Shown: piece after piece, positions 12,648 through 23,149 of the stretch
How the letters are laid out: every line of letters starts with the position of its first letter
How positions within the stretch are numbered: position 1 is the stretch's first letter
NCBI GenBank assembly: GCA_008632985.1
Contig: QPGO01000023.1
Span: 186,001 to 215,732, forward strand
Source: Psammoneis japonica
Lineage: Eukaryota
DNA: 29,732 nt
Reading direction: 5' to 3'
Made by a program: the position numbers and the translations under genes
Notes under the pieces: model-generated
What the model saw: the letters and a program-made list of their open reading frames with translations, nothing else
Database searches by the model: none
Told to the model about the DNA's origin: nothing

Positions 12648-12958
12648 TGACAGGGATCCCACATGACCCTTTTACATTGGAACCTCATGTTCGAAGATGG
12701 CACATACATTCAGTCGGGTTTGTGACTGAAATTCACTGATCTTTCGGAGTGTTTCAACAACCTGTCGGAATCCATCCGTTCTGACAGCCATGTCGATTCT
12801 GAGACCAGCTCAGAATCTCTCACAACTTCTAGACAAAGCATTGTCGCAAGGCACTGTTTCTAGACCAGGCTCTAGCTTGCTCTCTCCTGTCAGTGCACGG
12901 ACTTGATCACCCAAGACACTCTCAGGCGAGCACTCAGTTCTTGCCCATTTTCCTGTCA
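12648..12958 (+). repeat. 5' LTR (311 bp)
   Basis: Begins TGACAGGGATCCC, ends CTGTCA; ~93% identical to 20225-20534 by manual alignment. Confidence 0.96.
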
Positions 12959-15900
12959 TGGTTGCAACACTTCCGGTTCGGTCCAACACGACCACTTCTT
13001 TCAAGCCGAGTGCTGCTCATGCGTCTCGCAATGCTTCCTCTCCCAAGCCGTCTTCGCACGCACTTTCTTCGCATGAAGTTTTTACAGTCCACGGACGCTC
13101 CGTCGATGACGTCCCCATGGCCAACCCTCGTGACCGTTGTCACAATGTTGATGCTGGCTCCATTGTCCAGCATGCTGGCATGTACACCACACGTCGTCGT
13201 CGTTCTCGTCGCGTGACCCAGGGTGCACACCACCCTGCCACCCGTTGCATCAAGCGCACATCTGCGCCACGCTCCAAGCCGCCTTCCAAGCCCTCGCAGC
13301 AGGCCCCCAGGCGCAACAAGGTCTCCACCCGTCGCTCTCAACGTGCCGTCAACCGCACGCTCTCTAGCTCCACCGACACTGTGGATTTTGAGCGCCGTGT
13401 TCGCTCATCTGTTCGTGGCCTTCGCAACGGCAAACCCGTCACTTTGCCCAGGACCCTTCATGCTGTTTCGCAGCCGACTCGCAAGCGCACCAAGACCGCT
13501 CGCCGTCGTACCCAACGCGCTCTTCGTCGCTCTGTTGCTTCGGTCAAACGCACCCCGGCTCCTGCTCTGCCTGCACCTGACGAGCTCCGTCTCTCTCGTG
13601 TCAAAGCTGACGTCCGCGCCGCTCTCAGCGAACGTCTTGCTCAGGCCCAGGCCCGCGTTGATCGTCTCCAACTCGAGACTGAAAAGCTCTACTCCAACTT
13701 TCGCGTTGTCAAGCACTCTCGTGCTCGACTTGACACGTTGTTGGATCAAGCCACTCACGACGAATCCGAGTTTTTCAACCCCGAACACAATCTCTGTGAC
13801 CGCGCGATCCGCGACCAATTGACAGATGTCGACACATCCCTTGACATTTTACATGTCGATTTGGACACTTTGCACAACCGCATTCCGAAACCTTCCGCAC
13901 GCGACAACCCCGCGCCCTCTGCTCACTTTTCTCGGCCGCGCCCCCGAAAACGTCGAACCAAATCACGCTCGCGGAAATCACTCCGGATGACTCCCAACCA
14001 GGAACACCATGCCCTATGATCCCACCGTCTCCGCCACGGCATGTCCCGCTCCAAACCCTTTTATCATCCAGACGCTGATTTTTTTTTTCAGCCTGAAACA
14101 AGAAAGTGTCAAGACAGTGGCCCGCAGCAGCCTCCGCACCCCTCTTCGGATCACTTCATCTACGTCACCGTTGAAACCGTACACTCCGACGATGAGCACG
14201 GTGCATCAGCTCAAGGGGGTCTCAACCCATTGCTGACGACCCGCCACCCACTCCCACTGTCACTGCACCACTGGGGTCCCCTGAGGAATTCCCCCCGCTT
14301 TCATCTCCAACGGATCAAGCCACTCCTGCTCTCTCCCATGTCGACCCGTCATCAACCTCCGCGACACCGCTTTTTGATGTTGTCACTCCCATGTTGAACG
14401 AAATGGATGAAGCACTTGACAAGGCTCTTGCCTCTCCTGCTCACACTCCTGCAGTCGACTCACCTTCTCCAGCTTCGCCCGACACCTCTGACGCGTCTGA
14501 CCCATCCGTCGACCAAGACATCAACGTCCAGGTTCGTCTCGTCACCTTCGAGGCTCTCTTCGACACCCAACAAGCTCTTGCACCGTTTTTCCATCGTGAG
14601 AATGAACGTGCCGTTGAGCTTCGCGACACTGTCGATTCGGCAAAAACGTCTTTCGAGCGCCTCCTTCGTTGACACCCTGCTTGCGAAGCAAGCACTCTAG
14701 CACTTCGTCGTTTTCAGGACATGATGCGCGAAGCCGAGTCCCTTTACTTGGAACTCATGTTCCACCTTGCCCTCACCCCACGACCACACCCCGCTTGCCC
14801 GTCCGCCCACCACTCATCAGTCGACGACACTGTTTTCTCTCATGTTGCCAGCGAGCGCACCTCGGAATCCTTGTCGAATTCACTGATGAAGCATGCATCC
14901 TGTGCAAATTTGCGCACTCTGAAGCACCATCAGAATCCGCACACACGACGACAAAAATTTCATGCATTCTTGAATGACTTGCGTGGGACCTTCGCATCAT
15001 TTCCGGAATTCAATGGCACACTCAATGATTTTCCCTCTGTCCCTCTCCGCCCACTTCCAGACCATGCCGACAGCGCCCTCCATGCTCTCCTCTGGATGCA
15101 TGTGGACGCAACGCACCAATCTGACATTTCTGACCTTGGATCGCGTTCTGGCAAACTTGCTCTCGAAGAACTCCAGCTACGCTGTGCGCCCATCACTCAG
15201 GAACACAGCAACCACTGCTCAAACGACTGCCTCCAAGTCTTTCGCAACTCGGACGAGTCCGCCAGCAGCTTTATCCAACGGTTTGAACGAAAACTCCGGA
15301 GCCACAAGAACGCCGGCCTTCCCGTCAAGACTGATGCGGATGTCAGTGCCCATTTTCTCGGCCAAATGGGCAGCCATCCCCGCTGCGACGCCACCATCAA
15401 GCAATTCGAATCCGAATTTCGCACTGCTGCTCGTCTCTCCTCTGCCACCGCTCCTCGATTTAAGGACATCCGGCAAACGTTTTATGACATCGACGAGCAG
15501 CATCACAACCAACAGCATCGTGATCGGCTCTCGCATGGCTCCCGCTCCCGCTCTCACAACAACCATGCTCACCTTGCTACCGTCAAACGCGCTCCTCGGA
15601 ATGCACAACGACAGCAACAGCAGCACCGTTGCCCAAACCAACCTAACGCAACCGAGATCTGCAACCACTGTGGAAAACGCAACCACAATGCCTCCGTCTG
15701 TCGCTCTCGGCTCCGTGATCTGAAGCAGGGCACACCCAAAGATCAACCTGCTGCCAAACCTCCTCGCGACCTCAGCGAAGTCACGTGCCATCACTGCAAA
15801 AAAAAGGGGCACCTTCGTCCCAACTGTCCCGAACTCGCCAAGGACTCCAAACAGACCGCTCTCGCAGCCACTGCACCTGCCATGCACTGCCGCGCAAAGG

Positions 15901-16340
15901 CACCTCCCCCGAAGGACCAAATCATTTTCTGCGCTGCTCGAGCTGACATGGAGGATGCTCACTCTTGTTGTCCCTCCTCTTCCGACTCTATCCCAACCCT
16001 GGCACCACGCCACGTCTCCTTTGATGACGACTCATCTGCCTGCTGCTCCACGAGTGACTCGATCGCATCTTCCTCTGCTCATGGAACTGTGCCTGCCATC
16101 ACTCTCCAGGACCTCCTCGATGACACCTCTTCGATTGATGGCAACGACACTCTCTCCGCCAACTTGCACTCCACTGGTCCTCCGCCCCTTGAACATCATG
16201 ATTGCGACTCCAGCACGGAATCATCATCCACTGTGCCATCTTTGGTCCGTCGCCCATGCGAGCCGGATGACACCACGGCCTGCCCTTTTGATGAACCGCC
16301 CCCCCGGGAACTCTCCCGAGGAATCACCAGTCTGCTTTGA
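12958..16340 (+). pseudogene. gag: Copia gag region: Arg-rich/coiled-coil N-terminal part, gag core and two CCHC zinc knuckles; frameshifted
   Basis: ORF 14721-16340 contains CNHCGKRNHNASVC and CHHCKKKGHLRPNC (CX2CX4HX4C) and ESASSFIQRFE; upstream ORF 12958-14019 is basic with a heptad-like stretch. Confidence 0.8.
12959..12970 (+). promoter_or_regulatory. Putative primer-binding site TGGTTGCAACAC
   Basis: TGG (complement of tRNA CCA) immediately after the 5' LTR; cognate tRNA not identified. Confidence 0.55.
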
Positions 16341-19300
16341 CTTCCACAACGCTTTCACCACGGCATCTTACGCATCCGGGCACACTGCAATCTCTGACGA
16401 TGACATCGACTCCGTCACATCTGATCTCAGCTGTGACTCTGTCGATGCGGTCCACACCATCCCCCGTTTCTCATGCAACACCGCTGACTGTCACGTTCAA
16501 ATTGCCTGCATGGCCGACGATCCCAACCAGTGCCGACCTCACCAACCACCCCCGCGACTCCGACCTCACGGACATCAGCAGTTGGTTTGTCAACTCTGGT
16601 GCCTCTTCCCATTTCGTTCGTCATGACTCACTTGACAACAGCACCTCCTGTCACGTCCCTGTTGTTGTTGCAGACGGCACCACCGTTCATGCCACGAAAG
16701 TTGGATCCGTCACCCTCCGTTTTCAAGACGACCAAGGACATCCGGTCAACCTTGTTCTCGATCGCATCTGTTGCATCCCCGGCCTCAACCGGAACTTTTT
16801 TTCGGCACCCTCCTTCACGGCCAATGAACTCTTCAATGTCCGAATCACTGCCAATGTCACGACACTTGACTTTGGCGACGGACACACATTCAGCTTCCCG
16901 ATTCTCCATCACAGGCGCTCCTGTCACGATGTCACAGCTGCCACAGAACCGGAACCCACTTCCGACCTCCCGTTGACGGAAGCAACCGACGCCCAAGGCT
17001 CATCAAAACCAACGACACATGCAATCGACCTTGACCTTGCAGGTCGCCGTTTCGGTTGTCGCTCCTCTCAGAGCCTTTTGGCGGGCACAGTTGGCAAAGT
17101 TTGGCACGACTGCCACATTGCCCCCGGGACTGACGACTGTCTCGACAACGCGCGCATCGCCATCTCCCGAAAGCGCAACCGCGTTAAGTGTGACCCGACT
17201 GAACCACCACACACATTTTCACGTGTGTTTGTGGACACAATTCCCAACCCTCACACAGTCGCACTCACCCCAAAAACGTCTTTTCCCTGCCACCTCTTTT
17301 TGGCAACCCACAAAGGACACTGCTGCAGTGTTCATGGCCTCGAGAGCCCATCATCTGGCAACATCATCGCCGCCTTTAAATCATGGATGACCGAAGCACA
17401 ATCCCAGGGACAAATCCAAGACATAAACTTCATCCGCGCGGACTCCGCAACATGTTTTCTGTCCTCCGAATTTCTTGCCTTTGGTGAAGACAATGGAATC
17501 AAGGTCGAAGTTGCCGCTCCACGTCACCAGGAGCAGAACGGGGTCGCGGAACGCATGTGGCAAGTCGCAAGCCGGATGATTCGTTGCCTCCTTGTCAACG
17601 CACGACTCTTGGCACACTTCTACCACCATGCATTTGTCCATGCTGTCGCCATCCTGAACGTTCTCCCAGCCAAAGGCACGCGGCTCCCTGATGGCTCCCT
17701 GGCTACACCGCACTGCCATGCATTCAACAGACTTCCAAAGATTGGCAATTTTCGGGTCTTTGGATGTCCCGTCACTTTTGACAGATGCCAACCTCTCAAC
17801 CCGGCAACTCGTTGCCCGACCACCACCCAACAACAGATTCAACGTCGATCTCGTGGCATTCATGTGGGTTTCGCACCAAACCAGGCTGGCCACCTCATCT
17901 GTGTTCCTGAGGGCATCGGCACCAAGAATCTGATTGTAGCGTGTGACGCTGTCTTCGACGAACTTTTGAATCATCACTCGTGCACGACCACGTCCCCTTC
18001 TCTGGCGCACTCCTGATCCGGAACATCTCCAACGATGCCTCCGGCCTCAAGACATGCACCGAGAATCCGGTGGATGAACACACGGCACTGTTCAAGATTT
18101 CCTTGACGTTGACTCACCCCCTCATTCCTCCACTCTCACCGAAGCGCCTCCGGAATCCGATGAATCCGATTCAGCGCCACCATCCCCTGCACCCGCTACA
18201 ACCGGTCTCAGACGATCCACTCGCACCAACGCTGGCCTCCGCACTTCCGTGCGCTTCGCGGACGAGGAGCAACTCTACGCCATAACCTCCTCCACTCCCC
18301 CAGTCAATCTCCTCGAACAAACTCTCTTCGACGACTCGCTCGCCATGGAATCTGCGTGCAGCGCCTCCGTCGAATCTCCTTGGCCTGACTGCAATTGGTG
18401 CAAATGCCCGGATCCTTTGCAACAGGCCTTGGAAGCCGTCCAGGCCACCTCTTCAATTCCCATTGATGACCACTTGCCCGTTCCCCGCTCTTTTCGAGCC
18501 ATCCTCAGACAACCTCCTGCGATTCGCGATGCCTGGCTTCGTGCCGTCCGATCTGAGCTCAAGAACCTCATCGTGGACAATGAAACTTTTGCTCTTCATG
18601 AATGTCCCCGTCCAGACGATGAGATCATTGGCACCACACTTGCTCTGCGTGCCAAGGAGAAATCCGACGGCTCTCTGGAGAAACTCAAGGCTCGACACTG
18701 TGCGCGCGGCGACATGCAACGCAAATCAGCCGATGATGACAATTGGTCACCAAACGCATCCTCTCGTGCCATCAAGCTCTTCCTGGCTTTTGCAGCAAAG
18801 GCCAAACGACACGTCAAGAATGGTGATTTCGTCGGTGCTTGCCTTCAAGCCCCCGCTCGCGGCCGCCCATTTGTTCGATTCGACCCGATTCTGAAGCAAC
18901 ATTTTCCTGAATTTGCTGAACATTTTGGTGTGCCCCTCCGTCTCAAGAAAGGCATGTGCGGGACCATCCGCAGCGGTCTTTGGTGGTCAACCGAGCTCTC
19001 CGAATTTTTGCTTGCCCAAGGACACACCAATTCCAAGGCAGATCCCACCTTCTTTGCCAAGCACTTCCCCGACGGCTCACATCTCAAGCTCATTTTCTAC
19101 ACGGATGATGTCATCTACTTTGGGTCTCACGACAGAGTCGAAAGGACTTGAGAATCTCACACAATCCAGGTGCAACATCACATTCAACGGTGACGTCACC
19201 TGGTTCTTGCAGATGCGCATTCACCGATGTTCCGACGGCTCCTTCTCTCTCGACCAACATCGACATGTGCGCAATCTCCTCAAGCGGTTCCTCACTCCCA

Positions 19301-20187
19301 CCTCGCCTTGGGGCAGCCCCAGCTTTCAGGATGCCCCAGCCCCCGTTGATTGTGTGTGCTCCAAAGCGAATCAACCCAAGGACACCGCCGAATCCAAGCA
19401 AATCGCGAACAAGTGTCCTGGTCTCCATTTTCGATCCGCTGTCTGCTCCATCCTTTATCTCGCCTGCAACACTCGCGCTGACATTCTCTGGATCACCTGC
19501 AAACTTGCAAAGGCTTGCACCAACCCTGGCATGAAGGACTTTGATGCTCTCGTCCACCTTTTTGGCCATCTCCGCAAACATCAAGACCTCGCCATCAAAT
19601 TTTATTCTGATCCCACCGCGAGCCCTGTTCACGCGATTTGCGAAGCTCACAACATCAGTCATTCTGAATTTGTGGTCTTCACCGATGCCAGCTGGCAGGA
19701 TTGTCCGGACACCGCCAAGTCAACCGTTGGATTTATGGTCTACTTCAATGGGGCAATGGTGGAAGCCAATTCCACTGTCCCAACCCCTGTCGCAATGTCC
19801 ACTGCTGAATCCGAGTGGATGGGAGCCTGCACTGGCGCTGTGGCTGTCGCTCACCTGCGCATGTTGGCCTGCGACTTCACCTTCCTTGGCACTCGCCACT
19901 GCTCCATTGACTCCCAGCGACTGTCCGCCACTCCCACAATCCTCATGTTGGACAACCAAGCCGCAGCCCAAATGGCCCAAAACGACCAACAAACTCAACG
20001 AACCCGACACATTGAGCGACGCTTCCAACATGTCCGCGAAGGGCAGCGACTCGGTCATCACTTGCTTGTTTGGGTTCCCGCGGAAAGTCAATTGGCGGAC
20101 TGCCTCACCAAAACTCAATGTGCAGACAAAATTTGGGTCATGGTCGACCGTGTCCTGTGGCGCCCACCTGCACACATGCTGTCATGA
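16337..20187 (+). pseudogene. pol: Copia pol: protease, integrase, reverse transcriptase, RNase H; frameshifted and hypermutated
   Basis: PR WFVNSGASSH (catalytic D->N at 16592); INT FVDT...IRADSA...HQEQNGVAERM; RT KLKARHCARGD...DFVGACLQA...LKKGMCG...FYTDDV (19098-19109); RNaseH FTDASW...STAESE...DNQAA...RTRHIERRFQHVRE...QLADCLTK. Confidence 0.95.
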
Positions 20188-20216
20188 GCCCCTTCTCATC
20201 TTCCCTCATTCGGTTC

Positions 20217-20224
20217 AAGGGGGG
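20217..20224 (+). promoter_or_regulatory. Polypurine tract AAGGGGGG
   Basis: Directly abuts the 3' LTR. Confidence 0.85.
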
Positions 20225-20534
20225 TGACAGGGATCCCACATGACCCTTTTACATTGGAACCTCATGTTCGAAGACAGTGCATGTGTTCAGTCGGGTTTGT
20301 GACTGAAATTCACTGATCTTTCGGAGTGTTTCAACAACCTGTCGGAATCCATCCGTTCTGACAGCCATGTCGATTCTGAGACTAGCTCAGAATCTCTCAC
20401 AACTTCTAGACAAAGCATCATTGCAAGGTGCTGTTTCTAGATTAGGCTCTAGCTCACTCTCTCCTGTCAGTGCACGGACTTGATCACCCAAGACACTCTC
20501 AGGCGAGTGCCCAGTTCTTACCCATTTACTGTCA
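20225..20534 (+). repeat. 3' LTR (310 bp)
   Basis: TGACAGGGATCCC...CTGTCA, followed by CACCT. Confidence 0.96.
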
Positions 20535-20539
20535 CACCT
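20535..20539 (+). repeat. Right 5-bp target-site duplication CACCT
   Basis: Matches 12643-12647. Confidence 0.95.
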
Positions 20540-21410
20540 TGAGAACAGGAATCAACGGTCGATTCTTGAACCAGCCTCTGTCTTCCGCAAATTGATCCAG
20601 TGGAAAAACCTGAACCGTGGCGGTTGCATTCTTTGCTCGTCCCTTTCTGACAAAACTCCCAGTTCCAGGATTTTTCAAATCACCCACGCATAGATCCAAT
20701 GCATCTTCTCTTGCGCCAACACCGTCATTGTAAAAGTTGATGCTGCTCTTTCCTTGATCAGCACTCTCATGCAGCAACGACCGCTCTTCTGCGCCACTGC
20801 TCCATTCGTTAAATTTGATGGACTGGCAAATGCGAATGCCATTCACAATGTTGGGTTCAAACACATCAACATGGCACCCCAAGGATGCAGAGAGGTGAGA
20901 AAACCATCCAATGTTCCCACCAACATCCAAGACACGAGCGTTTGGATGTTTCCAAGTCTCGTCCTCTAGCAAGACTTCTCGGAACGCTTCCGTCAACACC
21001 TCCTCGTAGTGCTGTCCGTGCTTAAAAATGCAAAACCGCAGTCCATCATGTTCTTTGTTGTGCAACGACACATAGAATGGTGGATCCAATGCAGTCAATC
21101 GAAGGAAGATTTGACCATCGTTGGGGTCTTTTATGGGACAGTCATCGCGATGAATGTTGCTCAGCAAATTCTTGCAATCAAAGGGCTTGACACCAGCAAA
21201 GTGTTGCACAATAGACAGTGTCTGCTCCAGGTATCTATCATTGTAATTCTCTGGAAAAGAAACGGTTTTCCAACTTACTAGCACAGTGATGAAGGCACCC
21301 AAAGCAACAACGCAAGAAAAAGAAATTGAGTCGACGGCGGCTTCGCCGGTTGGCGATTCCTCGTTAGGAACATTTTTTGTTTGATTGAACACTGTAGCTT
21401 TTTCTTGCAT
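20535..21410 (-). pseudogene. FkbM-family SAM-dependent methyltransferase, 5' part (type II membrane anchor), disrupted by the copia element
   Basis: ATG 21410; TM VVALGAFITVLVSW; SAM motif RVLDVGGNIGWFS...VDVFEPN; ...VFPLDQF...IPVLKV running into the LTR. Confidence 0.9.
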
Positions 21411-21660
21411 TAACAAAGATTCTGATGAGAATCATTCCAATGTTTTCGAGCTATGGGTGAATTGTAAAGCTTTGGCTGCCCTGAATGGATGCGGTGAAAA
21501 TGTGCTCTAATAGAGAGTTGCTCATTGTGTTTTATTCCCGCTGCCCAATACCCGCTATCATGGAATCGCTAAAAATGGCGCGCGCCCTATTTTTTATCGC
21601 TGAAAGCCTGCGCTGACACGACGACCTGAATGATGTGATGTTGTCGTGCTCTTCTTCACG

Positions 21661-22873
21661 ATGAAGTTTTCTACAAAAAGACGACGAAGGAGGCGACTCC
21701 TACAAATTTTGTTGTTCTTCTTGACAGATTTCTTTTTCTTATATCATTTCCTTCACCCCGCAAGCTTCCGATCCGAGTCGACAATTACAGAACCAAGAAT
21801 TCCTTCGTTGTTCGATGAGCTGTTCGATGCTCCAAATAATAACACCATGTCGAAACTGAATGTGACACTTGCAACGACCATATACCACTTAGGATGGGAC
21901 AACCATGTGGGTCGGACCAATAATCATCTTACTACAATCCTACACGCTCTCGACTTGGCCTTTGATCTGCATGGTGACATTGCGAATGACGGTTCCAACT
22001 GCATTTTCGCTGTGGCTGTTTCTGGTTGGGCGTATGAGACGCTCAGAAAGTTTTTCTTTGACGAAAATACAGCAGAAGACTGGGATCTCAGGTTGGAACA
22101 AACGGTCCCCATTATTCACTTTGATCGAATCAATCAATTGCCCGGAGAAAAAAGGCTCGTCAAGCTTGGAGTCCATCCTACTACTTTTTACTACACAAGA
22201 GACCATCTCAGCAAAGCGTCAGTTGATCGCATTGAGAAACGAAGACGATTGATTCTGGGACAGCTGTTTTGCCATGTGTCCAAACGAAATCTTGAGACGG
22301 TCAACCTCCTCAAGGCACACTTGGACAAAATTACATATGCAAAGGAAGATGAGCATCTTCGGGGCAAGTACATGGTGGTTCATTCTCGATGGCTGGAGGG
22401 ACAATGTTATTGGCGTGTCGGGGACAAGCTGCCTCTGGATGAATGCGATATGAAACCAAGCTACATTAAAGATATTCTTCGTTCATTGGGCCTGCTCGGG
22501 CGCATACCAATCGTCGTCATCAGTGACATGCAGAGGCCCGAGATACTGCGAGTGCCCTCAAAAATGATGAAGAGATTGGTCGTCACGTGATTATCCCGGC
22601 TTTGACCCTCGATTCAGCACGACCAATTCGTCAATTTCGGTAGAGAGCGACATGATGATTGCCATAAAGAGTGACATTTTTGTTGGCACAAGAGCGAGTA
22701 GCATGGCAGTCATGGTTGGTCTGGTTCGGGTACTGTCAGGAGCAGACCCAAACAGCAATTATTTGTACGTCACACGGAATGATGATGAAAATTTGGAAGT
22801 TTGTGGCGAATGCATCTTTTTTTGCAATGGCAAGAGGTCAGCCATATGCGGCGCGAGGGAAGTATATCCATAG
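21661..22873 (+). CDS. Type II membrane glycosyltransferase, GDP-fucose O-fucosyltransferase-like (GT-B); one apparent frameshift near 22550-22620
   Basis: Basic tail plus TM (KRRRRRRLLQILLFFLTDFFFLYHFL), GRTNNHL, YMVVHSRWLEGQC, IVVISD, then DMMIAIKSDIFVGTRASSMA (D..I...SD.FVGT..SS motif of fucosyltransferase-type GTs). Confidence 0.7.
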
Positions 22874-23149
22874 ATGCATGTCATCCTCGCTCTCACTGTG
22901 TCGAGGCGAGATCCGCCATAGACCGTGTAGAGCTTAATTGGTCGGATTCAGTCCCACTTGAAAGACAAGAAGTGCACCCATGTTGTGTCGTATCTAACTC
23001 TATTAGTAAATGAAAACTATTTTCTCAACAAGTGGCCAGATCACAAAGGGAACTCTCGAAAGAACAAGCTGCTGAATTGGGGCGAGGTCTTGATGCTTGA
23101 TGATGCTCCGACCGTGGCACCTTATCACAAGGGTCATGATCCGGACTGA

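Larger units (their letters stand above)
12648..20534 (+). mobile_element. Full-length Ty1/copia LTR retrotransposon (~7.9 kb), mutationally inactivated
   Basis: Two direct LTRs (TGACAG...CTGTCA), 5-bp TSD, PBS-like TGG, polypurine tract, and gag-PR-INT-RT-RNaseH domain order (integrase before RT is diagnostic of copia). Confidence 0.97.

Noticed and set aside
15219..20175. Long antisense ORFs within the copia element
   Set aside because: Explained by depletion of TAA/TAG on both strands and codon-structure shadowing of gag/pol.
12648..20534. Classical RIP or ADAR-type RNA hyper-editing as the cause of the mutation pattern
   Set aside because: RIP would raise TpA and add stops, the opposite of what is seen; RNA editing before reverse transcription would be one-stranded, largely shared by both LTRs and absent from the flanking host gene.
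22958..23149. 63-aa ORF resembling a protein C-terminal fragment at the edge of the eroded domain
   Set aside because: Too short, no ATG start and no identifiable motif.
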